Of a stretch of 64,000 nt of DNA, positions 33,470-42,303 are shown piece after piece; positions within the stretch are counted from its first letter, which is position 1; each line of letters starts with the position of its first letter. The DNA is from Candidatus Binataceae bacterium (GTDB taxonomy: Bacteria > Desulfobacterota > Binatia > Binatales > Binataceae): assembly GCA_050011435.1 (NCBI GenBank), contig JBEKJC010000008.1:75941-139940 (forward strand). Reading direction: 5' to 3'. The notes under the pieces are model-generated. The model ran no database searches. It was given only the letters and a program-made list of their open reading frames with translations, and was not told the origin of the DNA. The position numbers and the translations under genes were made by a program.

Positions 33470-34864
33470 CTACCGCATGATCATATTGAGCCCGCTCGGC
33501 GTCGAGTACCGGGTAATATCCAGAAAGTCCTTCGGCAGCTGTTCGTTGACGTAAAACGGATGGCTATTGTCAGTCGGGTCCGCGATTATCGACGCATGCT
33601 TGTTCTGAATATCCCAGAACTCGTAAAGCAGGCTCCCCGAAGCATCGACCGGCCCGACGTTCGGTACATCGACCGTGCGCAGGAACAGTCCGCCGATCTT
33701 CCACAGCTTCCCGGCGGGATCGTACAACTCCTCCCACAATGGAGCGGAATCGGGCTTGTCCACGTACATGACGCGTTTGCCGTAGCAATAACCTGAGGCT
33801 TGCGCTGAAAGTTTGGATGCGCTGATTAGGTCAACGTCACGCACTTGCCATTTCCCCCAGGAGGGCTCGGGCCAGCCCAGCGGCATGTCATAGCCCGCGG
33901 GGAACTTGCTGTCCGGCATCTTTGAGAGAATCAACGCCAGGACCTTTTTTTCGTCAACATAGTCAACGTTGAATTGGGTCAGATTCGAATTGAAGCCCGA
34001 CCGATAGTCATCCTGGTTGATATCCATTCCGCTGGTCTGGCCGCAGCGCGCGGCTGCGGAAACCGCCTGGTAACGGCGGAGCGACGGAATGAACGCGTAG
34101 ATATCCTGCTGGCGCTTCAGATCGTTATACGCGATCGTCAGCGACGCCGTGTAGCGATCCTGCTCGGGCTCCAGAATCATGAACCATTGCGTAAAGAACC
34201 TGCCCTCGGTATCGGGCGGGTCGCCGGCGACGCCCGGATCGGTATTGTAGCTGAGTTGCCGGTACACCACGTTTCCGGTCGAGCAGTTGATATTGCCGGT
34301 GCTGTTGACCGTGCATCCGCTCGCGTTGCTGATGTACGACAGATGCGGAATGTAGCGGTACCAGACGTCGGCGAGAATCTTCCAACCCTTGTGCGGCTCC
34401 TGCGGGTCGGGGAAGGGCAAGCCACCGTGGTAGCCATCGAGCGTCAGGCCGCCATCCGGAAGTTCGACGACTTTCACCTGCCCCGAATACTTTTCGGTCG
34501 CCTCCTGATAATTCTTCGGCGCGGGATTTACGACGGTTGGTCCGACCTCCATCTTCACGTCGGCCGGCATCTTCCAGAAATACTTCCCGGCAAAAAGCGC
34601 TGCTACCCCGTCTGACATGAACTGCTGATACTGCTGCCAATTCTGCATCGTAATCACGGTGCCGACCGGAATTCCTTCTGCGGTGGGGCGCACCGGATTG
34701 GCCGGCTGCGCCATCGCTGCCGCGGATGTGGCCGTGCCCGTTCCCGTCGCGTTTCCCGCGGCTGCTGCGGGGGTTGAAGCAGTTGCCGATGGCTGTTGCG
34801 CGTCGGCTGGCGTCTGGCTCAGTGCCAGCGCGAGGACCAGTGATAGTTGAAAAAAAAGCTTCAT
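33470..34864 (-). CDS. DUF1329 domain exported protein
   Basis: Signal peptide MKLFFQLSLVLALAL, VITMQNWQQY, GLPFPDP, FIPSLRR, YGKRVMYVDK. Confidence 0.85.
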   Translation of the reverse strand: MKLFFQLSLVLALALSQTPADAQQPSATASTPAAAAGNATGTGTATSAAAMAQPANPVRPTAEGIPVGTVITMQNWQQYQQFMSDGVAALFAGKYFWKMPADVKMEVGPTVVNPAPKNYQEATEKYSGQVKVVELPDGGLTLDGYHGGLPFPDPQEPHKGWKILADVWYRYIPHLSYISNASGCTVNSTGNINCSTGNVVYRQLSYNTDPGVAGDPPDTEGRFFTQWFMILEPEQDRYTASLTIAYNDLKRQQDIYAFIPSLRRYQAVSAAARCGQTSGMDINQDDYRSGFNSNLTQFNVDYVDEKKVLALILSKMPDSKFPAGYDMPLGWPEPSWGKWQVRDVDLISASKLSAQASGYCYGKRVMYVDKPDSAPLWEELYDPAGKLWKIGGLFLRTVDVPNVGPVDASGSLLYEFWDIQNKHASIIADPTDNSHPFYVNEQLPKDFLDITRYSTPSGLNMIMR

Positions 34865-35143
34865 GCGGTACACCACGATCGAACCTTTGAAAATCTGAAT
34901 ATTCGGCGCCGGTCGATCGGAGTTTCGCATACGGCTGCCGATTGACGTTGGCATATATCTCAGACGGCTGGTCTTTGCACGGGGTGGAAGCAGTTTTTTG
35001 GCGCCATGTCCTTTCCGTGGCCGCACGAAACGATCTGGTTGAGCCCGATGCGCACGCGTTGAACTTTTCACTAACGCCAGTCTGGTCGGGCGGTTATGGT
35101 TTGTGCGATTCTTCAGCGGCGCAATTGGCGCCCGTCTGTCATC

Positions 35144-36424
35144 ATGCCGCAGGAAATCAAGCTTGACGCACTCGATCTCGCCGCTATCATCCGTGACGGC
35201 GACCACATTGTGTGGGGGCAAGGCGCCGGCGAACCGGCCACATTGGTCGAGCAGCTGCTAGAGCAGCGTCATCGGATCGGCCATGCCAGCGTGTTCCTTG
35301 GCGGCGTGCGCTCGCGGCGCACGCTCCAGCACGAGCACGCCGACGTCCTGACCTTCACCAGCCTCAGCGCCATCGGCAGCCTGCGGGGCTTCGCCCGCGA
35401 CGGCTTGTTGCGAATTGTGCCGTGTCATCTCTCGCAGATTCCCGGCTACTTCGAGCAGGGAATTTTTCCCGCCGACGTCGTGTTCGTGCAACTCAGTGAA
35501 CCCGATGAGCGCGGTGAGTACAGTTTTGCGCTGGGTCACGATTTCCAATCGGCCGCGATGAAACGGGCGCGCGTGGTGATCGCAGAGGTGAACGATCAGG
35601 TGCCGTGGACCTGGTGCGACGGAGGTGTGGACTTGTCGCGCGTCGACTATATCGTGCGGACCTCGCGCCCACCGGTCCAGATCCGGGCGCAACCGTTGGG
35701 CGCGGTCGAGTTGGCGATCGCGGGCCACGTCGGCCGCTATATCGACGACGGCACCACTATCCAGATTGGCGTCGGCGCTATTCCGGACGCGGTGCTGGCG
35801 AGCGTCGGCGATCGACGCGACCTGGGTTTCCATTCCGGATTGATCAGCGACCGCGTTGCCGATCTGATGGAACAGGGCGCGATGACCAACGCGCGCAAGC
35901 CGCTCGACACCGGGATCGCCGCGGCGGGATGCCTGGTGGGGACCCGGCGATTGTATGATTTCACCCACCGGAACTCATCGGTGCGCCTGTTCACGCCAGC
36001 CCATATTCACAATCCGCTGGTGCTGGGCCGGCTGGGGAAGATCGTCGCGCTCAATTCGGCGATCGAGGTTGACCTGACCGGGCAGATCAACGCCGAGATG
36101 GCGGCAGGCGCCTATATCGGTGCGGTCGGCGGTCAGGTGGATTTCGTGCGCGGCGTGCAAATGGCGGAGGGTGGACGTTCGGTAATCGCATTGCCCGCCA
36201 CGGCACGCGATGACACGGTTAGCCGAATCGTCGCGCGGCTTGAAGACGGGGTAGTGACGACCGCGCGCAGCGACGCGGACGTAATCGTGACGGAGTTTGG
36301 GGCGGCGGAATTGCGTGGTCAGCCGCTTGCCGAGCGGGTGCGGCGGATGGTGGCGATCAGTCATCCGCAGCATCGGGAGGCGCTCGAGCGGGAGGCGTAC
36401 GAGATCGTTCGGCGGGGCGGTTGA
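35144..36424 (+). CDS. Acetyl-CoA hydrolase/transferase family
   Basis: IAEVN, IQIGVGAIP, NSAIEVDLTGQ, GGQVDF, VTEFG. Confidence 0.93.
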   Translation: MPQEIKLDALDLAAIIRDGDHIVWGQGAGEPATLVEQLLEQRHRIGHASVFLGGVRSRRTLQHEHADVLTFTSLSAIGSLRGFARDGLLRIVPCHLSQIPGYFEQGIFPADVVFVQLSEPDERGEYSFALGHDFQSAAMKRARVVIAEVNDQVPWTWCDGGVDLSRVDYIVRTSRPPVQIRAQPLGAVELAIAGHVGRYIDDGTTIQIGVGAIPDAVLASVGDRRDLGFHSGLISDRVADLMEQGAMTNARKPLDTGIAAAGCLVGTRRLYDFTHRNSSVRLFTPAHIHNPLVLGRLGKIVALNSAIEVDLTGQINAEMAAGAYIGAVGGQVDFVRGVQMAEGGRSVIALPATARDDTVSRIVARLEDGVVTTARSDADVIVTEFGAAELRGQPLAERVRRMVAISHPQHREALEREAYEIVRRGG

Positions 36425-36455
36425 GAGCGGGAGTTTGCTGCAAAGGCCGCAAAAA

Positions 36456-36471
36456 TGTTTCACGTGAAACA
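36456..36471. promoter_or_regulatory. parS: parS centromere-like site (ParB binding)
   Basis: Perfect TGTTTCACGTGAAACA (extends to an 18-bp palindrome), intergenic between convergent genes. Confidence 0.92.
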
Positions 36472-36511
36472 TCTTCGCCGGGTGTTTGCGGGGAAGACCT
36501 TCACCCATTGG

Positions 36512-36549
36512 GAGAAGTATTTCACCCTCGCTCCAGAGAAGTATTTCAC
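36512..36549. repeat. 14-bp direct repeat GAGAAGTATTTCAC x2 (24-bp period)
   Basis: Exact copies at 36512 and 36536; degenerate copy GGGAAGACCTTCAC at 36491. Confidence 0.75.
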
Positions 36550-36598
36550 TCTTGACGCGCGGACGGGCTCGATCGGGTAGCTGAGGCCTGCCGCGGCG

Positions 36599-38077
36599 TC
36601 ATTGGGCGGCGAGAGCGTCGATAATTCGTTCCATCGCGATGCCGCGCGATCCCTTGACCAGGAGGACATCGCCCGGGCGCACGAGGGCGCGCACGGCGGC
36701 GGCAGCCGCGGTGCTGTCGGCCGCGAATTGTATCACGGGCGGGCGCGCCGGTGCGCCGGAGCCGATTTCGGTCGCACCGGAATCGACCGCGCGAGCCGCC
36801 GCGGCCATTTCGGGGCCGACCAGGACGCAGGCGTCGGGCCGTGCTTGAAAGAGGTCGCGCACAGCCTCGGCATGCATCGCGGGCGCGAGCGCGCCGAGTT
36901 CGAGCATGTCGCCGAGCGCAACGACGAGCCGCGCGCGGAGGCCGTCGGCGGTCTCGCGCGCGGCCTCGAGCGCGACCCGCACCGAGCGCGGATTGGCGTT
37001 GTAGGTGTCGTCGATAACGACGACACCTACAAGCTCGCGCGTCGAGAGCCTGCCGGGGACGGGCTCAACGGCGGCGAGCGCGCGCGCGATCGCGGCGAGG
37101 TCGGCGCGGCCGAGCGGCCGCGGAGACGCGGCGCTGACGGCGGCGACGGCCGCCGCCGCATTCATGGCGGAAGCGGCGCCGAGCATCCCGAGGTTGGCTT
37201 CGAGCGCCGCGTCGACGCCGTCGGCGGTGAGCGCAGGCGTGAGCGCGAGCGCGATGCGCTGGCGGCCGGGCGCGACCACGACGCGGCTGGCGAGGCGGAC
37301 GCCGGCGTCGGCGGTCGCGCCGAACGTCAACGTGCGCGTCGGGGTGCGCATCTGGGCAGGAACGCGCGCCAGCAGCATCGATTCGGCGGTGCCGACGATC
37401 GCGATGCGGGCGGTCTTGAACAATTCCGCCTCTTCGTCGGCGATACCCTCGAGTGAGCCGAGCCCTTCGGTATGTTCGATGTCGACGTTGAGCACCAGCG
37501 CGACATCGGGAGTCACGATTTGGGCCAGGCGCGCGATCTCGCCGCGCCGGTTGGTGCCGCATTCGAGGACGGCTGCACGATGCGCGTCGGTGAGCGTCAG
37601 GATGGTCATCGGCACGCCGATCAAATTATTGAGATTGCCGGGGGTCGCGAGAATGTCGCCGAAGAGCGCGCGGGCGAGCGCCGCGGTCATTTCCTTGGTC
37701 GTGGTCTTGCCGGCCGCGCCGCCAATCGCGATGGTCGGCACGGGCCGCAGCGCACGCATCCGCTCGAGATGAAAGCGGGCGAGCGCGCCGAGTGCAGCCA
37801 GCGTATCGTCAACCTCGAAGCAGGGGAGGGCAGGATCGGTGCGTCCGCGTTCGACGATCGCGGCGGCAGCGCCACGCGCAGCAGCCTCGCGTACGAATTC
37901 ATGACCGTCGCGCACGCCGCGCAAAGCGATGAAAAGCGCGCCCGGCGCGATCGAGCGGGTGTCGATGCTGACACCAGTAAGCGAGAGGTCCGGTGGCCCG
38001 GAAAAAGCAGCGCCAGTCGCGCGCATAATTTCGGCGGGATTAAACCGGCATCGGTTGATCGGAATCGGCGTCGCCAT
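36599..38077 (-). CDS. murF: UDP-N-acetylmuramoyl-tripeptide--D-Ala-D-Ala ligase
   Basis: IDTR, GKTTTKE, NLNNLIGVP, DDTYNANP, LGDMLELG, LVKGSRG. Confidence 0.93.
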   Translation of the reverse strand: MATPIPINRCRFNPAEIMRATGAAFSGPPDLSLTGVSIDTRSIAPGALFIALRGVRDGHEFVREAAARGAAAAIVERGRTDPALPCFEVDDTLAALGALARFHLERMRALRPVPTIAIGGAAGKTTTKEMTAALARALFGDILATPGNLNNLIGVPMTILTLTDAHRAAVLECGTNRRGEIARLAQIVTPDVALVLNVDIEHTEGLGSLEGIADEEAELFKTARIAIVGTAESMLLARVPAQMRTPTRTLTFGATADAGVRLASRVVVAPGRQRIALALTPALTADGVDAALEANLGMLGAASAMNAAAAVAAVSAASPRPLGRADLAAIARALAAVEPVPGRLSTRELVGVVVIDDTYNANPRSVRVALEAARETADGLRARLVVALGDMLELGALAPAMHAEAVRDLFQARPDACVLVGPEMAAAARAVDSGATEIGSGAPARPPVIQFAADSTAAAAAVRALVRPGDVLLVKGSRGIAMERIIDALAAQ

Positions 38078-38127
38078 CGGGAGATTGTCCACGCTCCGGC
38101 AGGGCGGTGAAAGAGAGGAGGAGGGAA

Positions 38128-38537
38128 GTTGTTGAGAAGCATGGAATGGGAGAAAAAGAAGTTGTCAAGGAACAAAAACCCGTAGCCTTTTTAAGAAACT
38201 GAAACCTCATAGAGGTTTCAGACTTCCCGTTGGTAAAAGATGCGGGCTACGCCCTGTAAAAATCTCATAATCGTTGGTGCTTGCGTTACTCGGTTCCCGC
38301 AGGACTTGGCCGATTACCCGAGCATCGCGAGCGTCAATGATGATGAGGTTTCAGACTTCCCGTTTGGAAGATGCGGGCTGCGCCCTGTGAAAAATCCCAT
38401 GATCGCTGGTGGGTTGCGTTACTCGGTTGCCGCAGGACTTAGCCGACTACCCGAGCATCGCGAGCGTCAATTCATGATGGGAAGCCTGAAACCTTGTGAG
38501 GTTTCAGAAGAATATAAGTTTTGAGTTCCTCAACAAC
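38128..38537. repeat. Modular palindromic element copy A (inverted ends, tandem 133-bp unit)
   Basis: Palindromes at 38199-38221 and 38486-38507, half site at 38345. Ends are GTTGTCAAGGAAC and GTTCCTCAACAAC. Confidence 0.9.
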
Positions 38538-38637
38538 TGGACCTATGCGCGGAGGGCCGTTGGGGCGGCTTGACAAGGCCGCATCGGGGCAGCAGCCTCG
38601 TTGCGATTGTAGCAACCGCGATGGAGGTGGCCTTTAG

Positions 38638-39192
38638 ATGACTTTGGCGGAATCACCGCTGGTCGGTGTGATCATGGGCAGCAAGAGCGACTGGGAGTAT
38701 ATGGCCGCCGCCGCTGAGGTCATGAGTGAACTGCAAATAGCGCATGAGGTGCGGGTGCTGTCGGCCCATCGGACGCCCGATCTAACATTGGAGTACGCGG
38801 CGAACGCGGCGGGCCGCGGCCTGCGTGCGATAATCGCGGGGGCCGGCGGCGCGGCTCATCTGGCGGGGGTCGTCGCGGCCAAGACGCTGCTGCCGGTGAT
38901 AGGAGTGCCGATGCCGACCACTATCCTGAACGGCATGGACTCGCTGCTATCGATCGTGCAGATGCCCAAAGGGGTGCCGGTCGCGACGATGGCGATCGGC
39001 AAGCCGGGGGCGGCGAATGCGGGACTGTTCGCGGCGGCGATAATCGCGCTCGGCGATGCGCAGTTGGCGGATCGTTTGAAGAATTGGCGGGCGGCGCGGG
39101 TGATCGAGTTACTGGAGCAGAAGCTACCTCAAACCAAGGAAGCATCGGTACCAGTTGTCAAATCATCTCAGAGAAAACTCAAGATTAAATGA
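38638..39192 (+). CDS. purE: N5-carboxyaminoimidazole ribonucleotide mutase
   Basis: IMGSKSD, SAHRTP, AGAGGAAHLAG, SIVQMPKGVPVAT. Confidence 0.97.
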   Translation: MTLAESPLVGVIMGSKSDWEYMAAAAEVMSELQIAHEVRVLSAHRTPDLTLEYAANAAGRGLRAIIAGAGGAAHLAGVVAAKTLLPVIGVPMPTTILNGMDSLLSIVQMPKGVPVATMAIGKPGAANAGLFAAAIIALGDAQLADRLKNWRAARVIELLEQKLPQTKEASVPVVKSSQRKLKIK

Positions 39193-39205
39193 GCGATTAA
39201 CCTGT

Positions 39206-39240
39206 AGCAGGCTGTTGAAAAAGGCTTTTCACAGCCTGCT
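39206..39240. terminator. Hairpin after purE; resembles IS/MITE ends
   Basis: AGCAGGCTGTTGAAAA-AGGC-TTTTCACAGCCTGCT, 14 nt past the purE stop. Confidence 0.55.
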
Positions 39241-39336
39241 TCCCCTCACTCGCTCTCTCCCCAGTAGGGGCGAGAAGATAAGGAAAGAAGCCATTTTTCA
39301 CGCAGGGTGTTGAGTTGAAATTTCTAATTGGCAGAC

Positions 39337-40134
39337 ATGCTTAGCGCGTTAGCCAGGTTCGGATTAATCGCTCTCGCGATGGTTGCCGTTGCGGCGCCGC
39401 GCGCGCTGGCGCTCGAGATTCGCACGGCGGGCAAAATCAGCATGCCGGCCGACGTGCAGGTGGTGCCGTTTTCGACCGATGCGCTGGTGGCCGACCGGTT
39501 GCGGCAGGACTTCGAAGCCGAGCATCGATTGGCGGGCATCAGTGCGGCGTCGCCGTTAACGCTGTCAGTTTCGATCACCGAGAGTCCGCTGAGACCGGGC
39601 GTGTCGCTGCAGGATCTGGCACCGGGAGATCCCAATATCGAAGGGTTGATCAAAGCGGCCGGCGCAACACCGCCGCCGCTGGGCGATACGGGGACCGAGG
39701 TCGACGAGGCGGCGCTGGCGCGCGCTCGCGCGCAGAACCACATGCTGCCGCCGGGCGCGACGCCGATGCAGAATGTGTGGAATCAGATTCAGACCCATGG
39801 CGATCTCGGTCCACCGCTGGCGGATCCGGCCGGATGCGTTCCCGGGATGCCATGCGTTGCGACGGGGACGGCGCCGCCGCCATTGCCGCAACCCGGCAGC
39901 GAAGGCGCGACCGGGGACACGCAGGACTACATGTTGCAGGGCTACGAAGGAGCGGGCCGCCGCGCGCGGCGCCAGTTGGCCGCTTCGGACTTCGACAACG
40001 TGATCGTCGCGCGGGTTTCGATGAGCGGATCGGACGACAAGATGACAATTGTCGCCGTGACCCATCCGGGCGAGGACACCCATCAGGCGAAGAAGCTGAT
40101 CGCGGAGGAGATCGTCAACGACGTGCTGCATTGA
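39337..40134 (+). CDS. Hypothetical secreted Pro-rich protein
   Basis: Signal peptide; GC-rich codon usage like the neighbouring genes. Confidence 0.7.
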   Translation: MLSALARFGLIALAMVAVAAPRALALEIRTAGKISMPADVQVVPFSTDALVADRLRQDFEAEHRLAGISAASPLTLSVSITESPLRPGVSLQDLAPGDPNIEGLIKAAGATPPPLGDTGTEVDEAALARARAQNHMLPPGATPMQNVWNQIQTHGDLGPPLADPAGCVPGMPCVATGTAPPPLPQPGSEGATGDTQDYMLQGYEGAGRRARRQLAASDFDNVIVARVSMSGSDDKMTIVAVTHPGEDTHQAKKLIAEEIVNDVLH

Positions 40135-40166
40135 GGATCAGCGGACGGAGAAGAGAAAGGGGAAAT

Positions 40167-40309
40167 TTGTCGAGGAACGCGGAATTGGAGGGAAAAGAAG
40201 TTGTCAAGGAACAAAAACCTTTAGCTTTTTTAAGAAACTGAAACCTCGTGGAGGTTTCAGACTTCCCGTTGGTAAGATGCGGGCTGCGCCCTGTAAAAAC
40301 TCATAATCG
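40167..40309 (+). repeat. Modular palindromic element copy B (single end)
   Basis: Palindrome at 40238-40260, then ACTTCCCGTTGGTAAGATGCGGGCTGCGCCCTG; near copy of the A left end. Confidence 0.9.
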
Positions 40310-40334
40310 ATTAACGCCACAGGACCCGGCTCGC

Positions 40335-40742
40335 CTAGGGTCTCTTCAGTTGCGGGCGGTTGCGTTTGGCGTCGAACATCCGCACGGCCAAGTATCCGGC
40401 GACTATGTAAAACGCGGCGAAGCCGACCTCGATCACGCTGATGCGCTTATCGGTACTCCATCGGGCGGCGGCGACAAACGCGGTGCCCAGCACGAGGAAC
40501 GCGGTCATCTTTGGAATGAAGCCGCGCAGGGGCGAATTCGGATTGTCGGAAGCGCGCGCCGCGAGTACCACCCATAGCATCGCGACCGCGAACGACATCC
40601 CGAGGCAGATCGGGCCGCGCGCGTCGAGACGCTGATCGTTGAACCACAGCGCCAGGAAAAACAGAGCCGCGGCGAGCGGGCCGAAGACGAGCGCGCGCCA
40701 GGTCATCGTGAGTTCGCCGGCAGTGTAATGGTCGTCCTTCAT
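40335..40742 (-). CDS. Hypothetical 4-TM membrane protein
   Basis: Four hydrophobic segments; lies between repeat copies B and C. Start may be the later ATG (MTWRAL). Confidence 0.65.
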   Translation of the reverse strand: MKDDHYTAGELTMTWRALVFGPLAAALFFLALWFNDQRLDARGPICLGMSFAVAMLWVVLAARASDNPNSPLRGFIPKMTAFLVLGTAFVAAARWSTDKRISVIEVGFAAFYIVAGYLAVRMFDAKRNRPQLKRP

Positions 40743-40802
40743 GCGCCGTCAGTATCCGCAAGCAGAGCCGCTATCCGCAAGCGGCGCGCAGAAGGGGAGA
40801 TG

Positions 40803-41212
40803 GTGGTCAAGGAACTCAAAATTATAGTTTTTCAGGAAACTGAAACCTCACGAGGTTTCAGACTTCCCGTTGGGAAGATGCGGGCTTCGCCCTGGAAAAA
40901 TCTCATGATCGCTGGTGGCTTGCGCTACTCGGTTGCCGCAGGACTTAGCCGCCTACCCGAGCATCGCGAGCGCCAACCCATGATGAGGTTTCACGGCATT
41001 CCATGCCGCCGGTGGGCCACGAGCAGCCCAACAGTCTTGACCTGATTTTTCGGACTGCTCGCGATGCTCGATCGCGCGATAAGCGTATCGGCGCGCGTAG
41101 CGAACTGCATTTCTACCGAGGTTTTGACAGGGCGAAGCCCGCATCTTACAAATGGGAAGTTTGAAACCTGAGTGAGGTTTCAATGATATGAAGTTTTGAG
41201 TTCTTCGACCAC
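40803..41212. mobile_element. Modular element copy C, MITE/REPIN-like with ~95-bp imperfect terminal inverted repeats
   Basis: 40803-40903 is an imperfect reverse complement of 41118-41212. Palindromes at 40840-40861 and 41161-41183, half site at 40985. Mobility is inferred. Confidence 0.8.
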
Positions 41213-41240
41213 ATAGATACGCAACATCGTGGAGGAAGTT

Positions 41241-42020
41241 ATGTATCAATCATTCGAATATTCGCTCGACGACGGAATCGCGCTGGTGCGGCTGAACCGG
41301 CCCAACAAGCTCAACGCGATCGACCACACGATGGTGCGGGAGTTTGGCGAACTGGCCGCGAATATCCGGGCGGACAAGAACGTGCGTGTGGTGATCTTCA
41401 CGGGCATCGGGCGCGCGTTTTGCGCGGGCGCCGATATCGCGAGCCTCAACAGTATCGAGACCAGCGGTGACTTCATGACGCATATCGAGACGATTCAGAA
41501 GACCTTCAATGCGCTTGACGATCTCGACCGTCCGACGATCGCGGCGATCAACGGACTGGCGTTCGGCGGAGGCTGCGAGCTGTCGCTGGTGTGCGATTTC
41601 CGCATCATGGCCGAGGAAGCGTCGCTGGGCGTGCCGGAAATCCTGATCGGGGTATTACCGGGAGCGGGCGGTACGCAGCGGCTGGCCAAGATGCTGCCGC
41701 CGGCGATCGCGAAGCAGATGATTTATCTCGGCGAACCGCTCACGGCGGCGCAGGCGTTCCATTTCGGGCTGGTCAACCAGGTGGTGCCGGCGGCGCAGGT
41801 GCTGGAAGCCGCGATGGAGCTCGCGCGGCGGCTGCTGAAGATGCCGCCGCTGGGAGTGCGCTGCGCGAAGCTGCTGGTGCATACGGGGATGAACGCGGAT
41901 CTGAAGACCGGGATTGAGGCGGAGCGGCAAGCGATGGGGTTTTTGTTCGGGACCGCGGATCGCGTCGAGGGCATGGGTGCGTTTCTGGCGAAGCGTCCGG
42001 CGGCGTTCAAGGGGCGGTGA
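41241..42020 (+). CDS. Enoyl-CoA hydratase/isomerase
   Basis: LNRPNKLNA, FCAGADI, FGGGCEL, PEILIGVLPGAGGTQRL. Confidence 0.93.
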   Translation: MYQSFEYSLDDGIALVRLNRPNKLNAIDHTMVREFGELAANIRADKNVRVVIFTGIGRAFCAGADIASLNSIETSGDFMTHIETIQKTFNALDDLDRPTIAAINGLAFGGGCELSLVCDFRIMAEEASLGVPEILIGVLPGAGGTQRLAKMLPPAIAKQMIYLGEPLTAAQAFHFGLVNQVVPAAQVLEAAMELARRLLKMPPLGVRCAKLLVHTGMNADLKTGIEAERQAMGFLFGTADRVEGMGAFLAKRPAAFKGR

Positions 42021-42066
42021 TGGATGGGGAGGGGTGGCGGTGCTCCGCGCTAAAGAGGCGGGGATG

Positions 42067-42192
42067 ATGGTAGAGGAACTCAAAATTATAGTTTTTCAGG
42101 AAACTGAAACCTCACGAGGTTTCAGCGGCATTCCATGCCGTCGGTGGGCCACGCTCGCGATGCTCGGGGAGTTCGCCAAGTCTTGCGGCAAC
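42067..42192 (+). repeat. Modular element copy D
   Basis: 52 bp (42074-42125) identical to 40810-40861; lacks the 133-bp unit; followed by an inverted R module. Confidence 0.9.
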
Positions 42193-42215
42193 ATGATTGC
42201 TCAAGGGCCTGGATA

Positions 42216-42270
42216 ACGCGCGGAGGACCGCGCGGGTTTGTTCACTTCGTTCAGGATGACGGAGGGGGGC
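42216..42270. repeat. CGTC-type REP-like half repeat
   Basis: ACGCGCGGAGGACCGCGCG...TTCGTTCAGGATGACGGAGGGGGGC; homologs at 46518 and, inverted, at 53416. Confidence 0.7.
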
Positions 42271-42303
42271 GGACACACGGGCGAATGGCGGGATCGGGAA
42301 ATA

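Noticed and set aside
34865-35221. N-terminal extension of the DUF1329 ORF
   Set aside because: It overlaps the divergent CoA hydrolase gene, and the signal peptide starts at 34864.
38161-38173. X module reverse complement (GTTCCTTGACAAC) as an rrn boxA antiterminator
   Set aside because: Only loose similarity, other copies diverge (GTTCCTCAACAAC), and there is no rRNA context.
38199-38507. CRISPR array (GTTTCAG.../...GAAAC-like repeats)
   Set aside because: The sequence between repeats is itself conserved rather than unique spacers, copies are dispersed in both orientations, and there are no cas genes.
38240-42216. ORFs 38240-38524, 40248-40577, 40728-41045, 40953-41249 and 41914-42216 sharing peptide motifs
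   Set aside because: They are translations of the DNA repeats; the frame is not preserved between copies.
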